A stretch of 64,000 bases of DNA, taken from Eledone cirrhosa. Taxonomy: Eukaryota. The position numbers and the translations under genes are program-made. The stretch covers positions 363,568,001-363,632,000 of the forward strand of contig OZ024740.1 of the NCBI GenBank assembly GCA_964016885.1, given 5' to 3'. The notes beneath the pieces were generated by a model, which saw only the letters and a program-made list of their open reading frames with translations, was not told the origin of the DNA and did no database searches. Shown here piece by piece: positions 1-13,300 of the stretch. Position 1 is the first letter of the stretch; each line of letters starts with the position of its first letter.

Positions 1-649
1 GGAAATTGAAACTGTCTTAAAAACTTAATAAAATCCTTTCAAACAACACCCATCAGATGACTATTTCTGCTATTACTACTTTTTTTCATTTTAATTGAAT
101 GACATATTAGGAAACACAAAAATGACATGAGGAGGTGCTAACCGCAATCATCACACAATTGTGTGGTGTCAACAGAATCACATCCTCTTTAAAAGGAAGG
201 TGACAACCAATACCTGCAATTTGATTACTTGAGATTTATGCCTTCTATTTCACTTTCTTAAAATTATTATTTTTCTTATATCGTGTAAGATGTTTATGAA
301 AAAAAAAGAAGTTTAAACCTTAAGCATTTGCATTACTCTATATTTACTATTGTATTTTTGTAGTAAAAGCTTTACCTCATATATTTTCTCACATAATATT
401 GAATCTATGAGATTTTGATATTATTTAATTTGAGAACAATACCTTAACGTTGGTATGAGTGGTTGGTTACAGCTGGTTTCAACAAAAAGAGGTGAGAGAA
501 TTCTGGCTGGATACAGCTAGCTTAAACTAAAAGTTAGTAAAAAGTATCTCTTGTTTTGTGTAAATCTAGTAACTATTCTGATCCAGGTTCAATTTCCAAT
601 ATAAATCATTTTGTTTGACTTATATGGAAAATATTTTTTGGAATGGACC

Positions 650-810
650 CGCCATTGGTTCTGATAATCAACGTTCCAATACTTCGATGAATAAGACAGC
701 ATGTTCATAGAATTAGTAAGTGGCTGAGCATTCCACAGCCCATGCACCGTTAACATAATTCTCAGGGAGATTCAGCATGACAAGACTTTCACTTTGAATT
801 ACAGACCATG
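650..810. mobile_element. Degenerate interspersed repeat (SINE-like) fragment
   Basis: The segment 'aagtggctgagcattccacag...taacataattctcagggagattcagc' resembles a common octopus-type interspersed repeat. This is recalled similarity; no search was run. Confidence 0.4.
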
Positions 811-819
811 ACAAATTTC

Positions 820-965
820 TAAGCAGTTTCCATCAATACAATTTCATTCACAAGGCTTGGATTGATCCAAAGTTATTATAAATGACACTTGCCCAAGATA
901 CCACACAATGAGATCAAACCTTGGACCTACTGATTGCAAAGTAAACTTCTTAACAATTTGACTAT
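820..965 (-). mobile_element. Degenerate tRNA-derived CORE-like SINE remnant
   Basis: 'gacacttgcccaagataccacac...gagatcaaacc...aaacttcttaac' matches the reverse complement of a tRNA-like head followed by the CORE-type 'ttgggcaagtgtc' motif. Related head fragments occur at ~1250-1310 and ~1625-1700. Confidence 0.5.
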
Positions 966-988
966 GCTTTGAAAGGTAAAGACGTTAT

Positions 989-1148
989 CAGGGGCAGATT
1001 AAGCATGCATTGAGCCCCTGGTGGAAAATTTCACTGAGGCCCTTGCATATCGTATAGGGTAGCAAAAAAGAAATGAATTTGGAGTCCTTTAAATATTGTG
1101 GGGCACCTGGTTACCGCACAATCAATGCTGCTCCTTAATCTGCCACTG
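989..1148. mobile_element. MITE with 15-bp terminal inverted repeats (hAT-like ends)
   Basis: Left end CAGGGGCAGATTAAG (989-1003). Right end CTTAATCTGCCACTG (1134-1148), whose reverse complement CAGTGGCAGATTAAG matches 14/15. Length 160 bp, non-coding. No clean 8-bp TSD remains. Confidence 0.6.
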
Positions 1149-1779
1149 GATGAACATGTATGACAGGGAATATGGATAATCAATTATCGATAATTACTAA
1201 TTGATGAATAGACAAATAATCCAATGTCTTTATCACCATCATCTTGCAGACCAAGACTGAACACGAAACCACATGGTTGTGAAGCAAGCTCCTTAACCAC
1301 AGTCATGCTTGCAACAATATGTGATAAAAGAACAGCACATTGTAATATTTTGTATAAAAATTAGTACCATCTGATGTAGTAGTTTATATGAGAAAAGTAA
1401 AAGAATATGAAAGTGATGAAATTTACATCTGAAACCTATGTAGGTTTAGCTAGCTTCCTACGAAATTGTATGGTATAAGAGATATATTGGATGTTTTAAC
1501 AATAGGAGGCCCAGATCTAGCATATTGTTGTTACAGCTTACACCTATGTAGGTTTACCTGGCCTCCTGCAAGTGTGCATCTCCAATGAGGTTTCTAGAGT
1601 ATTTTAATAATAGCGCAACAACACAATGTGCCACCAGGTCAAGGAATTCAATCTATGACCATATAATGTTGAGACTAACACCCTAACCACTAGACCATGC
1701 ACCTTAAGAGAAAAACAAAAGGAATCAGAGAAAACAAACATTTTGTTAAATATAAAATAGTTTAATTCTCGATGTTTCT

Positions 1780-2069
1780 TCAGCGTAGTTTGGAGATTTT
1801 CAAAGGAATAAAATCGTTTGAATCTGAATCTTCCTCCCCCTCATCCTCATTGTCATCATCAATAATTATTGGTCGTTTGTTGTGTGTTTTTCTGCGAAAA
1901 GAATTTTTAGAATCAATGTCAGGTATTGGAAGCGAGGATGTTTCACTGTTGGTCTTAATCTCAGATTGTGAAGATGGTACCGTTGACATTAACTTGCTGC
2001 TATCATCTGACACCACCCGGAATTCTAGGCACACTTCATGGCTGGCAGTAATGAAGGTAGCTTTAGGAC
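1780..2069 (-). CDS. Probable terminal coding exon of an unidentified host gene (Ser-rich, basic patch, acidic tail)
   Basis: On the minus strand, a pyrimidine-rich tract and acceptor 'ctgttttctgttcttgaatgcag|GTCCT' (AG at 2071-2070). The open frame GPKATFITASHEVCLEFRVVS...RRKTHNKRPIIIDDDNEDEGEEDSDS...KLR* ends at TGA 1782-1780. Composition is protein-like, but I do not recognise the family. Confidence 0.5.
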
Positions 2070-2187
2070 CTGCATTCAAGAACAGAAAACAGTATTCTAT
2101 ATAATATTCTTGCATTTAGACAACAGATGAGAAGTAAATAACATCATTAGAATTAACTCTTAACATCCTGCACCACATTGAACTGCA

Positions 2188-2443
2188 TTAACAAGACAGT
2201 CTTGAAAAGTACGAAACAACACTATGACTACATCACATTGAAGTCTTTAGTTTACTACAAATGTTCCTGTTTGTTCACTGATAAAGATACAATAAGCATT
2301 TGAATTAACATACCACACAAAAGCATATTAGTAAGACATTCTCTAAAAGTACAAAATGACACTATGTTTGCATCACATTTACAGCAAATTTCCCCAACAA
2401 TCTGTTCAATATTAAAGATACTACAGACATTTGAATTAACATA
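2188..2443. repeat. Old degenerate tandem duplication (2 copies, ~130-140 bp)
   Basis: 'aagac..tct..aaaagtac.aaa..acactatg....catcacatt' followed by 'tgttca...taaagatac.....catttgaattaacata' occurs twice (~2188-2312 and ~2328-2443). Confidence 0.55.
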
Positions 2444-2669
2444 ACCATTTTAGATATTTTTAACTAAATCTCTATCAGAATCAGTATTGTCTTACACTCT
2501 CTCATGCACCCCACTCATATTATTTCGCCCTCAAAAAATAACAACTTGACCAGTGTCAGATAGATTTTAAGAATAAGTTAAGATATTCCAATCATATATT
2601 ATATTATATTTAATTTCATAAATGTTTTCTTCTCTGCCTTTAAAATTGTTCAATTCTATTACCCTACAG

Positions 2670-4172
2670 TAATGTAGTTGATGAAAAGAGAGATAAGTTA
2701 GATTCACATGACATAGAGGGCAAATGGAAATGTTTATGTGACAAACTTTTGTGAACTACTGATGTGACTTGTGACTAGAGCAAAGCACCAGCCAGATAGC
2801 ACCACTGGTGTTCAAAAGAAAGAGGCCTGGAAAAGTTACTAAGAGAGACTGATAAATGAAGAGAATGAATGAGGGGAAGAGTGACTACCTCCAACCTACC
2901 CAAAAGAGGGACCAGCTATTGAAATTGACAGGTATAGGGCCAAAGAAACAATAAAGGAGATGAAGAATGGTAAAACTGCGGGACAATCAGAGATAGTTGC
3001 TGAGATGCTGAAAGCATCAGAAGTAGGAGCCAAACTAGTAACCTGCATAGTCAATCAGGTAATACAGGAAGGAATCATACACAAGAACTGGTGCAGTAGA
3101 ACAATAAAAAAATTGTTACAAGATGCTCTAGAAAGGAGCAATTATAGAGGAATATAAATAATGGACCAATTTATGAAAGTGATATTGAGAGTTCTAGCAC
3201 AGCTAATTACAGAAAGAGTCAAATTAGATGAGATGCAATTCAGTTTTGTGCCAGGGAAAAGTACTACAGATGCTCTTATTTTAGTGAGGCAACTACAAGA
3301 CAAATTCCTAGCCAAAAATAAGCCACTGTATTTAGCTTTTATTGATCAAGAAAAGGCCCTTGACAGAGTACCTCATTCTGTTATCTGGTGGTCCTTAAGA
3401 AAATTAGGCATAGAAAAATAGCTTATGAGAGCAGTGCAATCCAAATACAGAGGAACTGTAAGTAAAGTGAGAGTAGGAAGTGAGTTTAGTGAGAAATTCA
3501 TGGTACAAGTAGGTGTTCATCAGGGTTCGGTTCTTAACCCACTACTATTCATCATAATTCTCCAGGCCATAACAGAGGAGTTTAAGACTGGCTGTCCATG
3601 GGAACTTCTCTATGCAGATGACCTGGTCCTTATAGCTAAATCCATAAAAGAACTAGAAAATAAGTTCCAACTATGGAAAAAGAATTTGGAATCAAGAGGG
3701 CTGAGAGGAAACATAGCCAAAATTAAGTGCTAGTGAGTAGGAAAGAAGATAAGACCCTGATTCTTTCAGGGAGGTGGTTCTGCTCAATATATAGAAAAAG
3801 AGGAGGCATAACTCTATCCAATGTACACAATGTGAATCTTAGGTACACAAGAGATGTAGTGGGATAGCAGGGGTAATCAATGGGAAGTGCATCAGTGATA
3901 TAAATCTTTTCCAATCACATGTGGTTAATAGCTTCTGTTATCTAGGTGACCTAATTAGTACTGGAGGTGGGTACTCCAAGATCATAATAACTAGAGTAAG
4001 GATAGGATGGAAGAAATTTAGAGAGCTACTCCAATTGTTGAAAACAAAAGGCTTCTCCCTATGTACAAAAAGATGGCTGGATGACACCTGTGTGAAAAGC
4101 GCGATGCTGCATGGTAGTAAAAAAACATGCGCAGTGACAACAATGGATATTCATAGCCTGGAGAGGAATGAA
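2670..4172 (+). pseudogene. Decayed non-LTR retrotransposon (RTE/RTE-X-like LINE) reverse transcriptase fragment
   Basis: Broken ORFs carry RT motifs MKNGKTAG, NYRGI, QFSFVPGKSTTDA, LAFID.EKA.DRVP, QGSVLNPLLF, ELLYADDLVL (YADD at 3611-3622), FCYLG and RIGWKKFREL. Many stops and frameshifts. 3'-truncated after ...LERNE. Confidence 0.92.
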
Positions 4173-4360
4173 GAAGAACAAAAGATAATATTAGTGATTT
4201 ATCTTCAAATGAATCAGATGTGTATATCCCTGATTTTTCATCCGATGATGATTGTTGTTATGAAAGTGAAAGCAAAGGAGATCTCCAGGACGCCATTGAA
4301 AATATTACAGCAACGTGATTGAGAAACACCACACCAATACATGTTCCTGATTTCATTGAA
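4173..4360 (+). pseudogene. piggyBac-type transposase N-terminal fragment (acidic region), continuing in frame into the satellite
   Basis: Manual translation: DNISDLSSNESDVYIPDFSSDDDCCYESESKGDLQDAIENITAT*(likely W)LRNTTPIHVPDFIE-NTDPQHTLRPDAGP. An acidic leader followed by W...P.F...GP is typical of the start of PGBD-like transposases. It is on the same strand as the C-terminal fragment at 52693. Confidence 0.65.
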
Positions 4361-7300
4361 AATACTGATCCACAACACACATTACGTCCTGATGCTGGTC
4401 CACAATACACATTACCTCCTGATGCTGGTCCACAATAAACATTACCTCCCAATACTGGTCCACAACACATATTACCTCCTGATGCCGGTCCACAATACAC
4501 ATTACCTCCCAATACTGGTCCAGAACGCACATTACCTCCCAATACTGGTCCACAACACACATTACCTCCCAATACTGGTCCACAATACACATTACCTCCC
4601 AATACTGGTCCACAACGCACATTACCTCCCAATACTGGTCCACAACACACATTACCTCCCAATACTGGTCCATAATACACATTACCTCCCAATACTGGTC
4701 CCCAACACACATTACCTCCCAATACTGGTCCACAATACACATTACCTCCCAATACTGGTCCACAACGCACATTACCTCCCAATACTGGTCCACAACACAC
4801 ATTACCTCCCAATACTGGTCCACAATACACATTACCTCCCAATACTGGTCCACAACGCACATTACCTCCCAATACTGGTCCACAACACACATTACCTCCC
4901 AATACTGGTCCACAATACACATTACCTCCCAATACTGGTCCACAACACACATTACCTCCCAATACTGGTCCACAATACACATTACCTCCCAATACTGGTC
5001 CACAACGCACATTACCTCCCAATACTGGTCCACAACACACATTACCTCCCAATACTGGTCCCCAACACACATTACCTCCCAATACTGGTCCACAATACAC
5101 ATTACCTCCCAATACTGGTCCACAACGCACATTACCTCCCAATACTGGTCCACAACACACATTACCTCCCAATACTGGTCCACAATACACATTACCTCCC
5201 AATACTGGTCCACAACGCACATTACCTCCCAATACTGGTCCACAACACACATTACCTCCCAATACTGGTCCACAATACACATTACCTCCCAATACTGGTC
5301 CACAACACACATTACCTCCCAATACTGGTCCACAACACACATCACCTCCCAATACTGCTCCCCAACACACATTACCTCCCAATACTGGTCCACAACACAC
5401 ATTACCTCTCAATACTGGACCACAACACACATTACCTCCCAATACTGGTCCACAACACACATTCCCTCCTGATGCTGGTCCACAACACACATCACCTCCC
5501 AATACTGGTCCACAAGACACATTACCTCCCAATACTGGTCTACAACACACATTCCATCCTGCTGCTGGTCCACAACACACATCACCTCCCAATACTGGTC
5601 CACAACAAACATTACCTCCCAATACTGGTCCACAACACACATTACCTCCTGATGCTGGTCCACAACACACATTACCTCCCAATACTGGTCCACAACATAC
5701 ATTACCTCCTGATGCTGGTCCACATCACACATTACCTCCCAATACTGGTCCACAACACACATCACCTCCCAATATTGGTCCACAACACACATCACCTCCC
5801 AATACTGGTCCACAACACACGTTACCTCCTGATGCTGGTCCACAACACACATCACCTCCCAATACTGGTCAACAACACACATTACCTCCTGCTGCTGGTC
5901 CACAGCACACATTACCTCCCAATACTGGTCCCCAACGCACATTACCTCCTGATGCTGGTCCACAACACACATTACCTCCCAATACTGGTCCACAACATAT
6001 ATTACCTCCCAATACTGATCCACAACACACTTAACCTCCGAATACTGGTCCCCAACACACATTCCCTCCCAATACTGGTCCCCAACACACATTCCCTCCC
6101 AATACTGGTCCACAATACACATTACCTCCCAATACTGGTGCACAATACACATTACCTCCCAATACTGGTCCACAACACACATTACCTCCTGATACTGGTC
6201 CCCAACACACATTACCTCCTGATGCTGCTCCACAACACACATTACCTCCCAATACTGGTCCCCAACACACATTCCCTCCCAATACTGGTCCACAATACAC
6301 ATTACCTCCCAATACTGGTCCACAACACACATTACCTCCCAATACTGGTCCATAACACACATTACCTCCCAATGCTGGTTCACAACACACATTACCTCTT
6401 GATGCTGGTCCACAACACACATTACCACCCAATACTGGTCCAGAACACACATTACCTCCCAATACTAGTCCCCAACACACATTACCTCCTGATGCTGGTC
6501 CACAACACACATTACCTCCCAATACTGCCCCACAACGTAGATTACCTCCCAATACTGGTCCACAACACACATTACCTCCCATTACTGGTCCACAACACAC
6601 GTTATCTCCCAATACTGGTCCACAACACACATTACCTCCTGATGCTGGTCCACAACACACATTACCTCCCAATATTGGTCCACAACACACATTACCTCCC
6701 AATACTGGTCCCCAACGCACATTACCTCACAATACTGGTCTACAACACACATTACCTCCCAATACTGGTTCCCAACACACATTACCTCCCAATACTGGTC
6801 CACAACGCACATTACCTCCCAATACTGGTCCACAACACACATTACCTCCCAATACTGCTCCCCAACACACATTACCTCCCAATACTGGTCCACAACACAC
6901 ATTACCTCTCAATACTGGTCCACAACACACATTACCTCCCAATACTGATCCACAACACACATTCCCTCCTGATGCTGGTTCACAACACACATCACCTCCC
7001 AATACTGGTCCACAAGACACATTACCTCCCAATACTGGTCTACAACACACATTCCATCCTGATGCTGGTCCACAACACACATCACCTCCCAATACTGGTC
7101 CACAACACACATTACCTCCCAATACTGGTCCACAACACACATTACCTCCTGATGCTGGTCCACAACACACATTACATCCCAATACTGGTCCACAACATAC
7201 ATTACCTCCTGATGCTGGTCCACATCACACATTACCTCCCAATACTGGTCCACAACACACATCACGTCCCAATATTGGTCCACAACACACATTACCTCCC

Positions 7301-10300
7301 AATACTGGTCCACAACACACATTACCTCCTGATGCTGGTCCACAACACACATTACCTCCCAATACTGGTCCACAACATATATTACCTCCCAATACTGATC
7401 CACAACACACTTAACCTCCCAATACTGGTCCCCAACACACATTCCCTCCCAATACTGGTCCCCAACACACATTCCCTCCCAATACTGGTCCACAATACAC
7501 ATTACCTCCCAATACTGGTGCACAATACACATTACCTCCCAATACTGGTCCACAACACACATTACCTCCTGATGCTGGTCCCCAACACACATTACCTCCT
7601 GATGCTGGTCCACAACACACATTACCCCCCAATACTGGTCCCCAACACACATTCCCTCCCAATACTGGTCCACAATACACATTACCTCCCAATACTGGTG
7701 CACAATACACATTACCCCCCAATACTGGTCCACAACACACATTACCTCCTGATGCTGGTCCCCAACACACATTACCTCCTGATGCTGGTCCACAACACAC
7801 ATTACCTCCCAATACTGGTCCACAACACACATTACCTCCCAATACTGGTCCACAACACACATTACCTCCCAATACTGGTCCACAGCACACATTACCTCCC
7901 AATACTGGTCCACAACACACATTACCTCCCAATGCTGATCCACAACACACATTACCTCCTGATGCTGGTCCACAACACACATTACCTCCTAATACTGGTC
8001 CACAACACACATTACCTCCCAATACTGGTCCACAACACACATTACCTCCCAATACTGGCCCACAACACACATTACCTCCCAATACTGGTCTCCAACACAC
8101 ATTACCTCCCAATACTGGTCGACAACACACATTACCTCCCAATACTGGTCCACAACACACATTACCTCCCAATGCTGGTCCACAACACACATTACCTCCT
8201 GATGCTGGTCCACAACACACATTACCTCCCAATACTGGTCCACAACACACATTACCTCCCAATACTGGTCCAGAACACAGATTACCTCCCAATACTGGTC
8301 CACAACACACATTACCTCCCAATGCTGGTCCACAACACACATTACCACCTGATGCTGGGGTCCACAACACACATTACCTCCCAATACTGGTCCACAACAC
8401 ACATTACCTCCCAATACTGGTCCACAACACACATTACGTCCTGATGCTGGTCCACAACACACATTACCTCCCAATACTGGTCCCCAACGCACATTACCTC
8501 ACAATACTGGTCCACAACACACATTAGCTCCCAATACAGGTCCCCAACACAAATTCCCTCCCAATACTGGCCCACGACACACATTACCTCCCAGTACTGG
8601 TCCACAACACACATTACCTCCTGATGCTGGTCCACAACGCACATTACCTGCCAATACTGGTCCACAATAGACATTATCTCCAAATACTGGTCCAGAACAC
8701 ACATTACCTCCCAATATTGGTCCACAACACACATCACCTCCCAATACTGGTCCACAACACACATTACCTCCTGATGCTGGTCCAAAACACACTTTACCTC
8801 CCAATACTGGTCAACAACACACATTACCTCCTGCTGCTGGTCCACAGCACACAGTACCTCCCAATACTGGTCCCCAACACACATTACCTCCTGATGCTGG
8901 TCCACAACACACATTACCTCCCAATACTGGTCCACAAAAACATTACCTCCCAATACTGGTCCACAACACACATTACCTCCCAATACTGGTCCCCAACACA
9001 CATTCCCTCCCAATACTGGTCCCCAACACACATTCCCTCCCAATACAGGTCCACAATACACATTACCTCCCAATACTGGTCCACAACACACATTACCTCC
9101 CAATGCTGGTCCACAACACACATTCCCTCCCAATACTGGTCCACAATACACATTACCTTCCAATACTGGTCCACAACACACATTACCACCCAATACTGGT
9201 CCACAACACACATTACCTCCCAATACTGGTCCACAACACACAATACCTCCCAATGCTGGTCCACAACACACACTACCTCCTGATGCTGGTCCACAACACA
9301 CATTACCTACCAATACTGGTTCACAACACACATTACCTCCTGATGCTGGTCCACAACACACATTACCTCCCAATACTGGTCCACAACACACATTCCCTCC
9401 CAATACTGGTCCACAACACACATTACCTCCCAATACTGGTCCACAACACATATTACCTCCTGATGCTGGTTCACAATACACATTCCCTCCCAATACTGGT
9501 CCACAACGCACATTACCTCCCAATACTGTTCCCCAACACACATTACCTCCCAATACTGGTCCCCAACACACATTACCTCCTGATGCTGGTCCGCAGCACA
9601 CATTACCTCCCAATACTGGTCCACAAAACATATTACCTCCCAATACTGGTCCCCAACACACATTATCTCCCAATACTGGTCCCCAACACACATTTCCTCC
9701 CAATACCGGTCCAAAACACATTACCTGCTGATGCTGGTACCCAACACACATTACCTCCTGATGCTGGTCCACAACACACATTACCTCCCACTACTGGTCC
9801 ACAAAGCACATTACCCCCCAATACTGGTCCCCAACACACGTTACCTCCCAATACTGGTCCCCAACACACATTACCTCCCAATACTGGTCCACAACGCACA
9901 TTACCTCCCAATACTGGTCCACAACACACATTACCTCCTGATGCTGGTCCACAACACACATTACCTCCCAATACTGGTCCACAACACACATTTCCTCCTG
10001 ATGCTGGTCCGCAGCACACATTACCTCCCAATACTGGTCCACAACACACATTACCTCACAATATTGGGACACAACACACATTACCTCCCAATACTGGGCA
10101 ACAACACACATTACCTCCCAATACTGGGCCACAACACACATTACCTCCCAATACTGGTCCACAACACACATTACCTCCCAATACTGGTCCACAACACACA
10201 TTACATCCCAATACTGGTCCACAACACACATTACCTCCCAATACTGGTCCACAACACACATTACCTCCTGATGCTGGTCCACAACACACATTACCTCCCA

Positions 10301-13300
10301 ATACTGGTCCACAACACACATTACCTCCTGATGCTGGTCCACAACACACATTACCTCCCAATACTGGTCCACAACACACATTACCTCACAATATTGGGAC
10401 ACAACACACATTACCTCCCAATACTGGGCAACAACACACATTACCTCCCAATACTGGGCCACAACACACATTACCTCCCAATACTGGGCCACAACACATA
10501 TTAACTCTCAATACTGGTACCCAACACACATTACCTTCCAATACTGGTCCATTACACACATTACCTCCCAATACTGGTCCACAACACACATTCCCTCCCA
10601 ATACTGGTCCACAACACACATTACCTCCTGATGCTGGTCCACAACACACATTACCTCCCAATACTGGTCCACATCACACATTACCTCCTGATGCTGGTCC
10701 ACAACACACATTACCTACCAATACTTGTCCACAACACACATTACCTCCCAATACTGTTCCCCAACACACATTACCTCCCAATACTGGTCCACAACACACG
10801 TTACTTCCTGATGCTGGTCCACAACACACATTACCTCCCAATACTGGTCCACAACACACATTACCTCCTGATGCTGGTCCACAACACACATTACCTCCCA
10901 ATAGTGGTCCACAACACACATTACCTCCCAATACTGGTCCACAACACACATTACCCCCTGATGCTGGTCCACAACACACATTACCTCCCAATACTGGTCC
11001 ACAACACACATTACCTCCTGATGCTGGTCCACAAAACACATTACCACCCAATACTGGTCCACAACACACATTACTTCCCAATACTGGTCCACAACACACA
11101 TTACCTCCCAATACCGGTCCAAAACACACATTACCTCCCAATACTGGTCCCCAACACACATTACCTACCAATACTGGTCCACAATACACCTTACCTCCAA
11201 ATACTGGTCCACATCACACATTACCTCCCAATACTGGTCCACAACACACATTACCTGCTGATGCTAGTCCACAACACACATTACCTCCCAATACTGGTCA
11301 ACAACACACATTACCTCCTGATGCTGGTCCACAGCACACATTACCTCCCAATACTGGTCCACAACACACGTTACCTCCTGATGCTGGTCCCCAACACAGA
11401 TTACCAGCCAATACTGGTCCACAACACACATTACCTCCCAATACTGGTCCACAACACACATTCCCTCCCAATACTGATACACAACACACATTCACTCCTA
11501 ATACTGGTCCACAATACACATTCCCTCCCAATACTGATCCACAACACACATTCCCTCCCAATACTGATCCACAACACACATTCCCTACCAATACTGGTCC
11601 ACAACACACATTCCCTCCTAATACTGGTCCACAACACACATTCCCTCCCAATACTGGTCCACAACACACATTCCCTCCCAATACTGATCCACAACACACA
11701 TTCCCTCCCAATACTGGTCCACAACACACATTCCCTCCCAATACTGGTCCACAACACACATTTCCTCCCAATACTGGTCCCCAACACACATTACCTCCCA
11801 ATACTGGTCCCCAACACACATTACCTCCCAATACTGTTCCACAACACACATTACCTCCCAATACTGGTCGACAACACACATTACCTCTCAATACTGGTCC
11901 ACAATGCACGTTACCTCCCAATTCTGGTCCACAACACACATTCCCTCCTGATGCTGGTCCACAACACAAATTACCTCCCAATATTGGTCCACAGCACACA
12001 TTACCTCACAATACTGGTCCACAACACACATTACCTCCCAATACTGGTCCACAACACACATTACATCGTGATGCTGGTCCACAACACATATTACCTCCCA
12101 ATACTGGTCCACAACACACATTACCTACTGATGCTGGTCCACAACACACATTACCTCCCAATACTGGTCCAAAAAACACATTACCTCCCAATACTGGTCC
12201 CCAACACACATTATCTCCCATTACTGGTCCACAACGCACATTACCTCCCAACACTGGTCCACAACACACATTATCTCCCAATACTGGTCCCCAACACACA
12301 TTACCTCCTGATGCTGGTCCACAAGATACATTTCCTCCCAATACTGTTCCACAACGCACATTACCTACCAATACTGGTCCCCAATACACATTACCTCCCA
12401 ATACTGGTCTCCAACACACATTACCACCTGATGCTGGTCCATAACACACATTACCTCCCAATACTGGTCCACAAAACACATTACCTCCCAATACTGGTCC
12501 CCAACACACATTACCTCCCAATACTGGTCCCCAACACACATTACCTCCCAATACTGGTCCCCAACGCACATTACCTCCCAATACTTGTCCACAATAGACA
12601 TTACCTCCTGATGCTGGTCCACAACACACATTACCTCCCAATACTGCCCCACAACACACATTTCCTCCTGATGCTGGTCCACAACACACATTACCTCCCA
12701 ATACTGGTCTACAACACACATTACCTCCCAATACTGGTCTACAACACACACTACCTCCTGATGCTGGTCCACAACACACATTACCTCCCAATACTGGTCC
12801 ACAACACACATTACCTCCCAATATTGGGCCACAACACACATTACCTCCCAATACTGGGCCACAACACACATTAACTCCCAATACTGGGCCACAACACACA
12901 TTAACTCTCAATACTGGTACCCAACACACGTTACCTTCCAATACTGGTCCACAACACACATTACCTCCCAATACTGGTCCACAACATACATTCCCTCCCA
13001 ATACTGGTCTACAACACACATTTCATCCTGATGCTGGTCCACAACACACATTACGTCCCAATACTGGGCCACAGCACAGATTACCTCCCAATACTGGGCC
13101 ACAACACACATTACCTCCCAATACTGGTCCACAACACACATTCACTCTCAATACTGCTCCCCAACACACATTACCTTCCAATACTGGTCTACAACACACA
13201 TTACCTCCCAATACTGGTCCACAACACACATTACCTCCCAATACTGGCCCACAACGCACATTACCTCCCAATACTGGTTCACAATAGACATTACCTCCTG

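Noticed and set aside
1772-2104. Plus-strand 110-aa ORF
   Set aside because: It is the antisense shadow of the minus-strand exon candidate, which has the splice acceptor and more protein-like composition.
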